DNA of 64,000 nt from Candidatus Elarobacter sp. (GTDB lineage: Bacteria > Vulcanimicrobiota > Vulcanimicrobiia > Vulcanimicrobiales > Vulcanimicrobiaceae): the NCBI GenBank assembly GCA_035943995.1, contig DASZBS010000021.1, positions 58,604-122,603 of the forward strand, given 5' to 3'. The notes under the pieces were generated by a model. It saw only the letters and a program-made list of their open reading frames with translations. It searched no databases and was not told the DNA's origin. Made by a program: the position numbers and the translations under genes. This document shows positions 1 through 9,512 of the stretch, one piece after another. Numbering within the stretch: the stretch's first letter is position 1; the number at the start of each line of letters is the position of its first letter.

Positions 1-836
1 TGCCGGCCACACGCCACGTGGTGGAGTTTCCCGCGCGCGAGACCACGGTGCGGCTGCCGGTGCGGTTCGTCAACGGGCTCGCGGTCGTGCGCGTGATCGT
101 CGGCCACGGCGCGTACGACTTCTTGCTCGATACGGGCGCGGCGGGGATCGTGGTGGATCCGTTCGTCGTCGAGCAGCAGAGCCTCGAATCGTACGGCAAG
201 CGCGTCGGCTCCACGCTGGGAACGTTTCCGGAGACGACGACGATCGTGCCGCAGATGACGATCGGCGGCCTGCGGATGCGCAACGTCGTGTCGCGCGTCG
301 TGACGGTTCCGTTCCACCTCGACAACCACACGCGCCTGGGCGGGCTGCTGGGTTTCGACTTCTTCGCCGATGCGGTCGTGCACCTCGACCTGCACAAGAA
401 TCTCGTGGAGGCGACCTCGCCCGACCGCTTCCACGCGCCGGCCGACACGAGCACCGTCGCGCTCGGCCTCGACGACAAGACGCCCGCCGTGCACGTGCGC
501 GCGGGCAACGCGAACGGCCGCGTCGTGCTCGACACCGGCGCGAACCGCACGGTGTTCGAGACGCTCTTCGCGGAGCGCGGCGACTTCACGCCGGACCGCG
601 TCGCGAGCACCATGCACGTGCGCGGGATGGGCGGCTTCGCGAACGCGGAGACGACCCGCGTGCCGACGTTCGAGCTCGGCGGGATCTGGACGCGCGACGC
701 GACCGCGGACGTCTCCAACGCCGACCTCGGTACCGAAGACGTCGACGGCATCGTCGGCACGGACTTGCTGCGCTCGTACGAGCTGTGGTTCGACTACCGC
801 GGCAACGCGGTGCACCTGCGCCGCACGAAGCGCTAG
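1..836 (+). CDS. Aspartyl protease with two retropepsin-like domains (5'-truncated by window edge)
   Basis: Two catalytic motifs FLLDTGA and VVLDTGA, each followed by a GxxGxD-type motif (GLLGFDF, GIVGTDL); frame is open upstream of the GTG at 18. Confidence 0.8.
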   Translation, partial: PATRHVVEFPARETTVRLPVRFVNGLAVVRVIVGHGAYDFLLDTGAAGIVVDPFVVEQQSLESYGKRVGSTLGTFPETTTIVPQMTIGGLRMRNVVSRVVTVPFHLDNHTRLGGLLGFDFFADAVVHLDLHKNLVEATSPDRFHAPADTSTVALGLDDKTPAVHVRAGNANGRVVLDTGANRTVFETLFAERGDFTPDRVASTMHVRGMGGFANAETTRVPTFELGGIWTRDATADVSNADLGTEDVDGIVGTDLLRSYELWFDYRGNAVHLRRTKR

Positions 837-849
837 CCGGCGCCGGCGG

Positions 850-3087
850 TCAGGCGCGAGCCGCGGGCCGTATCAAGCCGCTGATCATCGCGATTCCGAG
901 CGGGATCAGAATCAGCCCGCTCAGCTTGAGCACGACGATCAGAGTTCCCAAGACGAACGACGGCAACGCCGGTTTGGACGGCACCGCCTCGAAGCTGACC
1001 GGGCACGATTCGACGACGGAGACTGATTGATCGCTGAACGCCGCCGGCAGCAAGATCTGCAGCGGGATGCGCGCCGCCTGCGAGATCGTCGGCCGGTAGG
1101 TACGGCACATTTCGGCCCACTGCTCGACGGTATAGGCTTTCTTCGTATCGGGGTCGATACCGCGTTTTGCGAGGTTGCTGACCGCTCCGTTCGTCGTTGC
1201 GAAGAAGAGCACCGCGCCGAGCCATATCGCAACGATGCAGGCCACGGTGCGCCACGCCTTGACGCCGTAGCCGCTGAAGATCGACTGCGGCAGCCATTGC
1301 CAGATCGGGCTCTGCAAGCGCGTGCGCGAGCGTCCCTTGAAGTAGACGGCGTCGGCGTCTTTGTCGCGCCCGATGGTGCGCAGCACGCGCTCGAGGGCCA
1401 AGAACGGCTGGCGATCCGGAATCCCGCCGGCGCGCTCGCGACGGGTGAAGCGCCGACGAATGCCTTCGATGAATTTCCGGACGCTCCACCTCGCGCCGGA
1501 CTTCGTCGGGAGGCGGTTCAGCAGCCAATCCGGGTCGCCGGTGAGCTGCCCGTAGGCGCAGTTCACCACGTCGATCTGCGTACGTTCCGCGGGTTCGGCC
1601 GGCGACTGCGCGTCGGGCGAAGGCTCCGTGAGAACGAGCGCGCCGAGCATCGCGGAGTTCAGCGTCACTTTTCGCGGCAGCGGAGTCGTCGGAAGGTTCA
1701 GCGCACCGCCGATCTTCGCGCCGGTGAGATCGAGCTCGCCTACGATTCGTGTCGTATCATCGACGTCGGCGTCGCGGGCTACGTTGAGGAACTGCGCGCG
1801 GAGCGACGCCCGCTCGCGTCCGATCGCAGGCGGGGCCATCGTTCCCGTGCCCTCGACCCGCAGACCGCGAAGATCGAGCCAGCCGGCAACGACCAACCCG
1901 CGCAGCTTGACGTGGCCTTTCACGTGCACCGGCATGAGCACGTCTTGCATGACGCTGACGTTCTCCAGCTTGAGAACGTCGAGCTTCGCTTCGTAAGGAC
2001 CGATGCTGCACGGGCGCGGCTCGACGTCAAAGGAGAGTCGGCCCGCGACGGCGGCGCCCGACAGGTCCAAGCTGCGGCAGCTGACGGCGGCAAACGTCAG
2101 GTCGTTTCCGAAGCGGCCTCCCGTCGTCCTGAGGTCGCCGTCGAGGTGGAGCTGCGCGAACATCGCATCCCCCGTGACGTCGAGCCCCTTCGCAACGAAG
2201 CTCCCCGCCGCCAAGACGCGAGCGGCCGTGTCCAATCGGTGCTCGAACCGCGGATCGACGTAGGACCGCTCGAATCGCGTGTCCACGAGTCGCCAGGCGC
2301 CGGCGTGCAAGCCGTCGATGCGAAGCCCGCCGTCGAAGGTCGCGCGCTCGATCGTCAACTGTGCGCTCACGGCGGAGCTGCGGAACGTCACCAGGCGGCC
2401 GAATCGTACCGAGCACCCACTGAAATCGCGCGCTTGAAACTCCTCGAAGACGGCCGAGCGCATGAAGCGCGCGCGATCCAGGCGCACCGTCCCGGTGACG
2501 TGCGTGCCGCGGAACGTGACGTTACGAGCGAATCTGGATCCGCGAGCGTCGACGTGCGCTGCGTCCGCACCGTCGAACGAAACGCGCTTCATGCACGTCG
2601 AACCGGACAGAAACAACGTTTGGCCGACGTGCGCGCGCTCGAACGTGACGTGGCCGTAGAGTCGCGCATCGCTGAAATCCGCCGACGCGGTGACGCTCAT
2701 CTCGCGCGCGCACAGGCGGCCGCGGACGCGCAGCGAGGTCGCCGCGAGTCCCGACTGCATCCGTGTGCTCCACAGGCTCATCGTTCCGCGCACCGTCACG
2801 TTGCGGAGCAGCAACACACGCTCGAACACCGAGCCGAGGAACTCGATCCCGCCGATCGACGAATCATCGAGCTTGACGACGTTCTTGAAGGTGGCGTTGA
2901 TGGCTTGAACATCGTCGAGCGTACACTTCAGAAGCGCGAGGGGTCCGTCGACGGTCCTGAAGTCCAGGCAGAGCGGGCCCTCGATCACGGCACCCGTCAG
3001 CTGAAGACCGTTGCGCTCGCGGATCGCCGCAACGACGCAATCCGCAGGGATCATTTTCCCGGCGCCGCTCGCGGTGACGTCGATCAT
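850..3087 (-). CDS. Pentapeptide-repeat-like protein with C-terminal membrane segment
   Basis: Repeating A(D/R)F..A.F / VxFxGA-type beta-solenoid motifs; C-terminal GYGVKAWR followed by hydrophobic helices; start chosen at ATG 3087 after GGAG (ORF track starts at 3150). Confidence 0.65.
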   Translation of the reverse strand: MIDVTASGAGKMIPADCVVAAIRERNGLQLTGAVIEGPLCLDFRTVDGPLALLKCTLDDVQAINATFKNVVKLDDSSIGGIEFLGSVFERVLLLRNVTVRGTMSLWSTRMQSGLAATSLRVRGRLCAREMSVTASADFSDARLYGHVTFERAHVGQTLFLSGSTCMKRVSFDGADAAHVDARGSRFARNVTFRGTHVTGTVRLDRARFMRSAVFEEFQARDFSGCSVRFGRLVTFRSSAVSAQLTIERATFDGGLRIDGLHAGAWRLVDTRFERSYVDPRFEHRLDTAARVLAAGSFVAKGLDVTGDAMFAQLHLDGDLRTTGGRFGNDLTFAAVSCRSLDLSGAAVAGRLSFDVEPRPCSIGPYEAKLDVLKLENVSVMQDVLMPVHVKGHVKLRGLVVAGWLDLRGLRVEGTGTMAPPAIGRERASLRAQFLNVARDADVDDTTRIVGELDLTGAKIGGALNLPTTPLPRKVTLNSAMLGALVLTEPSPDAQSPAEPAERTQIDVVNCAYGQLTGDPDWLLNRLPTKSGARWSVRKFIEGIRRRFTRRERAGGIPDRQPFLALERVLRTIGRDKDADAVYFKGRSRTRLQSPIWQWLPQSIFSGYGVKAWRTVACIVAIWLGAVLFFATTNGAVSNLAKRGIDPDTKKAYTVEQWAEMCRTYRPTISQAARIPLQILLPAAFSDQSVSVVESCPVSFEAVPSKPALPSFVLGTLIVVLKLSGLILIPLGIAMISGLIRPAARA

Positions 3088-3232
3088 CACGTCCGCTCCG
3101 CCGCGCTTGTCGCGACACAGCAAACATTTTCCGCAAGCCGCCACGCGCACCTCAGATCTCAGTGAGAAGTTTTTCTTTCGACGAATGCTCGCTTTGCCAT
3201 CCTATCCGAACGTTGTCGGCGGGCGCTCGCCA

Positions 3233-3793
3233 TCAGCGCCGCCGTTCGCGCCGCTCGCGCACACCGCGCAGGACGGAGGCGATGAACCCGCTCTTACCCT
3301 CGGCGTACGAGTCGCGATCGTCGCGGAAGCGTTCCGCGAGCTCGCGCTTGAGCGCCGCGTACGCCGCCGCCTGCTCCGGATCGGCGCGCAACGCGTCGCG
3401 CAGAGCGAGGTGCGCCTGCAGCGCCGCGGCGCCGGCCGCGCAGACGTAGAGATGATGCCGGGGCAGATCCGGCGTCGCGCGGAACGCGTCGCGGCCGACG
3501 ATGCCGAGATCGCCGAGGTGCGTGTAGCCGAGCGTTGCGAGCCGCGCGACGACGTCGGCGAGGTTGTCCGCGTGGCGGATCACGACGTCGACGTCGATGA
3601 TGGGCTTCGCGTCCAGACCGGGCACGGCGGTGCTGCCGACGTGCTCGATGCCGACCGCGAGCTCGCCGAGCACCGGCGCGATTCTATCACGCACCAGCGC
3701 GAACGCCGCGGGCCACGCGGGATCGTACGGCACGACGACGACCGGCTCCGCGCGCTGCTCGGGCGAGATCGGGTCGATGCGCGGGTCGTTCAT
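3233..3793 (-). CDS. GrpB family (UPF0157) nucleotidyltransferase-like protein
   Basis: VVPYDPAWP, IEHVGSTAVPGLDAKPIIDVD, LRDALR, Y..GKS motifs; ATG at 3793 overlaps the upstream stop. Confidence 0.9.
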   Translation of the reverse strand: MNDPRIDPISPEQRAEPVVVVPYDPAWPAAFALVRDRIAPVLGELAVGIEHVGSTAVPGLDAKPIIDVDVVIRHADNLADVVARLATLGYTHLGDLGIVGRDAFRATPDLPRHHLYVCAAGAAALQAHLALRDALRADPEQAAAYAALKRELAERFRDDRDSYAEGKSGFIASVLRGVRERRERRR

Positions 3794-4650
3794 CCCAAGC
3801 CCAAGATCGTCGCGAGGTTTGCGCGCGAGTCGGCATGCGGTTCGAGCGCGCCGCTCGCCGACGTCAACAGCGTCGTCACGCCCGGACCATGGCCCGCGAT
3901 GTACGACATGCCGTGCGACACGACGGCGATCGTGACCGCGCCGGTGCGGTAAATGCGGCCGAACGAGTTGTCCGCGTCGGTTATCGCCACGATATCGCCC
4001 AGGCGCAGCTCGTCCAGGCAGAACTCGCTCACCGTCGCATCGTCGAAGCACTGGATGTCGTAGTCCCCGCGCACGACCGTATGCCGGCCCAAACCCGAGC
4101 CCATCACCCGCGCGGGCACGATGCGCGCGACCGGCACGCGCAACCGTGTTCCGGTCTGTTCGATGCCGAGCTTGTCAAGCAGATCCGGATCGCAGTTGAA
4201 CACGTTGACGTCGCCCGCGCCGTCGATCTCCAACCCGACGCCGACGGCGCGCACGGCGATCGTGTCGCCGAGCAGCATCTTCTCCATCACGTCTTCGGGG
4301 AAGTCGACGATCACGTGCTCGACGCCGCCGTGCTTGCCCGTGACGATGCCGCGCTCGCCTTTCGCGTCGCCGCTCGCGACCGTCGCGACGTTGCCGACGC
4401 ACGCCAGCGTGCAGAACGCGGCGTTGACTTTGTCGTCGGGATGACGCACGCTGACCGCCGGCTCGACGTGATCCGCTTCGAAGGCGAACGCGGAGTCGCC
4501 GACACGCACGTTGAGCGTGATCCCGCCGACGCCGGGCAAGATCCGCGGCACGCCGTCGGCACCGACGTCGTACAATCCCGAGGTCAGCAGCGGCGGCGCC
4601 ACCTGGGCCGTCAGAATTTGGGCGACGAGTCGGGAGCGATTCGTGGTCAC
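3790..4650 (-). CDS. DUF4438-like conserved protein
   Basis: LPGVGGITLNVRVGD, DHVEPAVS, GKHGG, GHGPGVT motifs recognised as this family. Confidence 0.7.
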   Translation of the reverse strand: MTTNRSRLVAQILTAQVAPPLLTSGLYDVGADGVPRILPGVGGITLNVRVGDSAFAFEADHVEPAVSVRHPDDKVNAAFCTLACVGNVATVASGDAKGERGIVTGKHGGVEHVIVDFPEDVMEKMLLGDTIAVRAVGVGLEIDGAGDVNVFNCDPDLLDKLGIEQTGTRLRVPVARIVPARVMGSGLGRHTVVRGDYDIQCFDDATVSEFCLDELRLGDIVAITDADNSFGRIYRTGAVTIAVVSHGMSYIAGHGPGVTTLLTSASGALEPHADSRANLATILGLG

Positions 4651-4667
4651 GGCGAAGTCCCTGGGCT

Positions 4668-5045
4668 GTGCAAATCCGTAAGTCCTTCACGTTCGAGGCC
4701 GCGCACGTGCTCCCGCACCATCCCGGGAAGTGCGCGCGGCTCCACGGCCACTCGTACCGGCTCGACGTGGCCCTCGAAGGCCCGCTTCAGCAACGCGGTC
4801 CGGCGACCGGGATGGTCGAGGACTTCGAGGTGGTATCGCGAGTCGTGAAAGCCTCGGTGATCAACGAGCTGGACCACCGATCGCTCAACGAGCTGATGGA
4901 CAACCCGACCGCGGAAAACATCGTCGGCTGGATCTGGGACCGGCTTGCAAGCGAGCTGCCGCTGCTCACTGAGCTGACGCTGTGGGAGACTCGGAAGGCT
5001 TGCGCCGTTATGAAGAGGGGCGATCTGCCGGGCCACCCCGGGTAG
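4668..5045 (+). CDS. queD: 6-carboxytetrahydropterin synthase
   Basis: FTFEAAH, CARLHGHSY, LDHRSLNE, NPTAEN, LWET motifs. Confidence 0.93.
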   Translation: MQIRKSFTFEAAHVLPHHPGKCARLHGHSYRLDVALEGPLQQRGPATGMVEDFEVVSRVVKASVINELDHRSLNELMDNPTAENIVGWIWDRLASELPLLTELTLWETRKACAVMKRGDLPGHPG

Positions 5046-5092
5046 AAGAGGTCGACAGGACCCCAGCCAAGCCAAGAGAGGCTCCCAGACCT

Positions 5093-5653
5093 ATGATTCG
5101 CAAACTCGCACTCGCACTCACGGCAGCAGCCGTCGCATTCATCCCGCTCGCGGCGTCCGCCGCCATCACGGCCGGCACCGAGCTCGTCGGCACGATCGAC
5201 CAGAACGTCAGCTCCAAGGACGCCGTCGTCGGCCAGCGCATCACGATCTCGAACGTGCACTCGCAGGACAACAACGTCACCGGCGGCATCATCTACGGCC
5301 ACGTCGACGACGTGCAGGCCGCCGGCCAGGGCCGGCCCGGCAAGGTCTCGATCGCATTCGACTCGCTCAAGACGCGTTCGGGCAACACCTACGCGCTCAC
5401 CGGCCGTACGACCGGCATCACCGAAAACACCAAGAGCAACGCCGTCAACGAAGCGGGCGGCGCGGTCGCCGGCATGATCGTCGGCAACATCCTCGGCAAG
5501 AAAGTCGGCACGAACCTGGGCGGCCTGCTCGGCGCGGCCGGCGGTTACGTCTACGCGAAGAACGCGAAGCAAAACGTGACGATCCCGGCGAACTCCGTCG
5601 TCACCGTGCAGGTTCTCACCGCCCGCCGCCAGGGCACGACGACCCGCCGCTAA
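5093..5653 (+). CDS. Secreted protein with glycine-zipper motif
   Basis: Signal peptide MIRKLALALTAAAVAF..ASA; GAVAGMIVG..GGLLGAAGG glycine zipper; GAGAGG upstream of ATG 5093. Confidence 0.75.
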   Translation: MIRKLALALTAAAVAFIPLAASAAITAGTELVGTIDQNVSSKDAVVGQRITISNVHSQDNNVTGGIIYGHVDDVQAAGQGRPGKVSIAFDSLKTRSGNTYALTGRTTGITENTKSNAVNEAGGAVAGMIVGNILGKKVGTNLGGLLGAAGGYVYAKNAKQNVTIPANSVVTVQVLTARRQGTTTRR

Positions 5654-5663
5654 AGGAACATGG

Positions 5664-6239
5664 TTGCTCCAACTCGCTGAGATCTTCTACAGCGTGCAGG
5701 GCGAGGGGACGTGGACCGGGACACCCGCGGTTTTCGTCCGCCTCGCCGGCTGTAACCTCAGCTGCGCGTTCTGCGACACCGACTACGCGCTGAAGTTCAT
5801 CGCGTCCGTCGGCGACGTCGTGGAGCGCGTGCGCGCTGAAGGCGGCGCGTGCCCGATGGTCATCCTCACCGGCGGCGAGCCGCTCGCGCAACGCGAGGCG
5901 ACGGCGCTCATCGACGCGCTGCGCGCCGACGGGCGGCGCGTCCACATCGAATCCAACGGCACGCTCCCGACCAATCTCCCCGGCGACGTGTGGCTGACCG
6001 TGTCGCCGAAGGAGCGTCTCGTGCAGGCGATGGCGCGTCGCGCGAACGAGGCGAAGCTGATCGTGGACGGCCGCGTGCCGGAGGAATGGATCGCCGAGTT
6101 CCCGGAAACCACACCGCTGTTCTTGCAGCCGGAAGGCAACAAGCCGGCGAACGTCGCGCTCGCGATCGAGGCGGCGAAGCGCAATCCGGGGCGGCTGCGG
6201 CTCTCGCTGCAGACGCACAAGTTCATCGGCGTGAGGTGA
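5664..6239 (+). CDS. queE: 7-carboxy-7-deazaguanine synthase (radical SAM)
   Basis: EIFYSVQGEG, FVRLAGCNLSCAFCDT (CxxxCxxC), TGGEP, LSLQTHK; TTG start after AAGGA. Confidence 0.93.
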   Translation: MLQLAEIFYSVQGEGTWTGTPAVFVRLAGCNLSCAFCDTDYALKFIASVGDVVERVRAEGGACPMVILTGGEPLAQREATALIDALRADGRRVHIESNGTLPTNLPGDVWLTVSPKERLVQAMARRANEAKLIVDGRVPEEWIAEFPETTPLFLQPEGNKPANVALAIEAAKRNPGRLRLSLQTHKFIGVR

Positions 6240-6246
6240 CATCTCC

Positions 6247-6705
6247 ATGACGTCAGGGAGCCGGCTGTTTGCCGAATACGGCGCCTATCATCGCGACCGC
6301 CGCAATCTGATCTGCCACGAGATCGGCATCCCGCTGATCGTGCTCGGTATCGTCGCGCTGCTGCGGCTGGTGCCGGTCTGGATTCCGTTTCTGAGCACGA
6401 CGCTCGCCGGCGCGGCGCTGCTCGCGCTCGTATTCTACTACTCCGCGGCGTTCATGCGCGAACACACGGCGGCCGTCTTCATCGCGGCGCTGGGGCTCTC
6501 GGTGATCTACATCGTCTCGGCATACGTCACGTGGCCGTTCGCGATCGGCGCGTTCGTCGTGGGCTGGGTCTTCCAGTTCGTCGGCCACGCGTACGAAGGC
6601 AAGTCGCCGGCGTTTCTCACCAACCTGCTGCATCTGCTCGTCGGTCCGCTGTGGGTCGCGAGCCATCTGGTGCCCACGTCAGCATCCTCGTCGTCTGCGC
6701 GGTAG
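6247..6705 (+). CDS. DUF962/Mpo1-like membrane protein
   Basis: Y..YH...NL..H.IGIP and GW.FQFVGH..EGKSPAF motifs. Confidence 0.85.
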   Translation: MTSGSRLFAEYGAYHRDRRNLICHEIGIPLIVLGIVALLRLVPVWIPFLSTTLAGAALLALVFYYSAAFMREHTAAVFIAALGLSVIYIVSAYVTWPFAIGAFVVGWVFQFVGHAYEGKSPAFLTNLLHLLVGPLWVASHLVPTSASSSSAR

Positions 6706-7295
6706 CGCAAGAGCTCGCGGCGCTGCCCGCGCGTGACGGCGTCGACGTCGTTGCCGTCGGCGTCGGCCCCGTCGAAGCGGCGTTCGGCACCGCGCGTGCG
6801 CTTGCGGCGAAGCAGTATACGGCCGTGATCAACGCCGGGATCGCCGGCGGCTTTCGCGACCGCTGCACCGTCGGTGACGTCGTCGTCTGCTCGCGCGAGG
6901 ACTTCGCCGACCTCGGGCTCGAGGACGGCAGCGCGTTTCCGCTGCCGGGTGGGCTCGAGCTCGTGCGCTCCGTTGAAGCCGACGCAACGCTGCTGCGGCC
7001 GTTTCTCGCGGGGCTCATCCCCGTGATCGTCGGCCGCGGCGTGACGTCGGCGACCGTGACGAGCACGACGTCGCGCGCGCTCGCGCTCGCCTATCGCTTT
7101 CGCTCCGACGTCGAGTCGATGGAGGGCTTTGCCGTGCTGCGGGCGGCGCAGGCCGCGCGCGTCCCGGCGATCGAGATTCGCGGGGTATCGAACCTCGTCG
7201 GCGAGCGCGCGTCAAACGAGTGGGACTTTCACGCCGGAGCCGCAGCCGCGGTTGCAACGACGGACGCATTGCTCGACGTTCTGCTAGCGGAATGA
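6651..7295 (+). CDS. mqnB: Futalosine hydrolase
   Basis: PNP/UDP phosphorylase fold: GVGPVEAA, NAGIAGGF, ESMEGFAV, EIRGVSN; adjacent to mqnD; start (GTG 6651) uncertain. Confidence 0.85.
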   Translation: MGREPSGAHVSILVVCAVAQELAALPARDGVDVVAVGVGPVEAAFGTARALAAKQYTAVINAGIAGGFRDRCTVGDVVVCSREDFADLGLEDGSAFPLPGGLELVRSVEADATLLRPFLAGLIPVIVGRGVTSATVTSTTSRALALAYRFRSDVESMEGFAVLRAAQAARVPAIEIRGVSNLVGERASNEWDFHAGAAAAVATTDALLDVLLAE

Positions 7296-8176
7296 TCCCT
7301 TCGACAAGCTCAGGACAAGTTACCACGCAGCGGAAACGCTACTCGCTCGCCTATTCGCCCTGCCCCAACGACACGTACATCTTCGCGGCGCTGACGAACG
7401 GGCTGCTCGACGGCGCGCCGCAGGTCGACGTGGTCCTCGATGACGTCGAAGCGCTGAACCGCGCCGCCCGCGACGGGCGCTACGAGCTGACCAAAGTCAG
7501 CTACGGCGCGATTCCGTATCTGCTCGACAAGTACCGCATCTTGCGCGCGGGCGGCGCGCTGGGGCGCGGCTGCGGCCCGCTGGTGATCGCGCAGCCCGGC
7601 GTCGACGGCAAGGCGCCGCTGCTGACGGACTTCGGCGAGGACGCGGTGTTCGCGATTCCGGGCCGCTTCACCACCGCGTACGCGTTGCTGCGCCTCGCGC
7701 TGGGCCGCGAGCCGCGCATCGTCGAAATGCGATTCGACCGGATCGTCGACGCGGTGAAGAACGGCGAGGTCGCCGGCGGGCTGATCATCCACGAATCGCG
7801 CTTCACATACCAGAACGCCGGGCTCGTTTCGGCGATCGACCTGGGCGACTGGTGGGAGGCGACGACCGGCAACGCGATCCCGCTCGGCGCGATCCTGGTG
7901 CGGCGCGACGTGTCCGACGAGGACGCTCGGGCGATCGACGACGCCATCCGGTGCAGCCTGCGCTTCGCGCGCGAACGCGAGGGCGATATCATCGAGTACG
8001 TCCGTGCGCACGCGTTCGAGATGGACGACGACGTGATGCGCGCGCACATCGCGCTCTACGTCAACGAGTACAGCGACGACGTCGGCGAAACCGGCATCGC
8101 CGCCGTCGACGACCTCTTCGCGCGCGCCGCGCAGGCGCACCTCATCCCCGCGCACACCCACCCGGAGTTCGTCTAG
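7292..8176 (+). CDS. mqnD: 1,4-dihydroxy-6-naphthoate synthase
   Basis: YSPCPNDTYIF, DVEALN, GRGCGPL, IIHESRFTY, DLGDWWE, IPLG motifs; ATGA overlap with mqnB stop. Confidence 0.93.
   Translation: MIPSTSSGQVTTQRKRYSLAYSPCPNDTYIFAALTNGLLDGAPQVDVVLDDVEALNRAARDGRYELTKVSYGAIPYLLDKYRILRAGGALGRGCGPLVIAQPGVDGKAPLLTDFGEDAVFAIPGRFTTAYALLRLALGREPRIVEMRFDRIVDAVKNGEVAGGLIIHESRFTYQNAGLVSAIDLGDWWEATTGNAIPLGAILVRRDVSDEDARAIDDAIRCSLRFAREREGDIIEYVRAHAFEMDDDVMRAHIALYVNEYSDDVGETGIAAVDDLFARAAQAHLIPAHTHPEFV
7297..7318 (+). repeat. Half copy (right arm) of REP-like palindrome, inside the mqnD 5' end
   Basis: CCCTTCGACAAGCTCAGG is identical to the right arm of the repeats at 9421 and 13865. Confidence 0.8.
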
Positions 8177-8177
8177 C

Positions 8178-9419
8178 ATGCAGCGAAGTTCGTTTCTGGC
8201 CGCCACCGCAGCGGCGCTCGCCGTACCCGCGGCCGCACGCGCGACGGAGCCCGTTGCTCGCCCGCGCGTGCTCTCGGAGAAAACGGCGGTCGCGCTGGGC
8301 GACGACGTGTTCGTGCGCGATGCGTGGCACGATCTGCGCGGGCGCGCGGTCGGCATCGTCACGAACCCGAGCGGCGTGCTGTCGACTGGCGAGCCGCTCG
8401 TCGACGCAGTGCACCGCAACGGGCAGATCGCGGTGAAGGCGCTGTTCGGCCCCGAGCACGGCATCCGCGGCACGGTGCTCGCCGGCGAGACCGTCGGCTC
8501 GTCGACCGACGAGAAGACCGGGCTCCCCGTGCACAGCCTGTACGGCAAGACGCGTCACCCGTCCAAAGAGATGCTCGACGGCATCGACGTGCTGCTGTTC
8601 GACATCCAGGACGTCGGCGCGCGGCCGTACACGTACGTCTCGACGATGGCGTACGTGATGGAGTCGGCGGCACAGTACGGCAAGGAAGTGTGGGTGCTCG
8701 ACCGCCCCAACCCGATCGGCGGCGTGCTGCTGGACGGGCCCGTGCTCGACCCGAAGTTCAAGTCGTTCATCGGCCTCTACCCGATCCCCGAGCGGCACGG
8801 GATGACGGTGGGCGAGCTCGCGCGCATGTACAACGAGCACTTCGCGATCGGCTGCAAGCTGCGCGTGATCCCGATGCAAGGCTGGACGCGCGAGATGCTG
8901 TGGTCCGACACGTCGCTGAAGTGGGTTCCGACGTCGCCGAACATGCCGTACGCGCGCACGACGCTGGTGTACCTCGCAACGGGGCTCGTCGACGAAGCCG
9001 GCGTGAACAACGGCATCGGCACCGACCGGCCCTTCGAGTACGCGGGCGGGTATTCGTTCGATCCCCGGGCGTTTCGTGCCGCGCTGACCGCCCGAAATAT
9101 CCCGGGCGTGGAGTTCGAGCCCGCGGACTGGTCCCCGGTGCGCGGCTTCTGGGCCGGAAAAACGCTGCACGGCGTCGCGATCAACGTGACCGATCCGCAC
9201 GCATTCCCGAACGTGCGCACCGCGATCGAGATCCTCGCAGCGGCGCGTGCACAAGGCAAATACCATGTCGCGCACGAGCAGATCATGGACCGCGACTGGG
9301 GCACCGATGCGGTCCGCCTCGCGCTGGACGAGGGCACGTCACCCGACGCGATCGTCGCGTCCTGGCAGCCCGGTCTGCACGCATTCAGAACGCTACGGTC
9401 GAAGTATTTGCTGTACTAA
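8178..9419 (+). CDS. namZ: Exo-beta-N-acetylmuramidase NamZ family (DUF1343)
   Basis: LFGPEHG, SLYG, FDIQDVGARxYTY, VLDRPNPIGG, WVPTSPNMP motifs; Tat-like N-terminus. Confidence 0.9.
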   Translation: MQRSSFLAATAAALAVPAAARATEPVARPRVLSEKTAVALGDDVFVRDAWHDLRGRAVGIVTNPSGVLSTGEPLVDAVHRNGQIAVKALFGPEHGIRGTVLAGETVGSSTDEKTGLPVHSLYGKTRHPSKEMLDGIDVLLFDIQDVGARPYTYVSTMAYVMESAAQYGKEVWVLDRPNPIGGVLLDGPVLDPKFKSFIGLYPIPERHGMTVGELARMYNEHFAIGCKLRVIPMQGWTREMLWSDTSLKWVPTSPNMPYARTTLVYLATGLVDEAGVNNGIGTDRPFEYAGGYSFDPRAFRAALTARNIPGVEFEPADWSPVRGFWAGKTLHGVAINVTDPHAFPNVRTAIEILAAARAQGKYHVAHEQIMDRDWGTDAVRLALDEGTSPDAIVASWQPGLHAFRTLRSKYLLY

Positions 9420-9420
9420 A

Positions 9421-9506
9421 TGTCATGCTGAGCCTGTCGAAGCATGCGCCACGATCGTGGCATCTGTGACGATCGTGGCGCACCCTTCGACAAGCTCAGG
9501 GTGACA
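9421..9506. repeat. REP-like palindromic element (long variant)
   Basis: TGTCATGCTGAGCCTGTCGAAG...CCCTTCGACAAGCTCAGGGTGACA imperfect inverted repeat with internal palindrome GCCACGATCGTGGC partly duplicated; lies between convergent genes. Confidence 0.9.
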
Positions 9507-9512
9507 GAAAGT

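Noticed and set aside
1027-3165. Long antisense or alternate-frame ORFs (e.g. 1027-3165+, 14993-17335-, 39437-42475-, 55493-57667+)
   Set aside because: Arg/Ala/Pro-rich shadow ORFs expected from high-GC coding DNA; each overlaps a gene with recognisable motifs.
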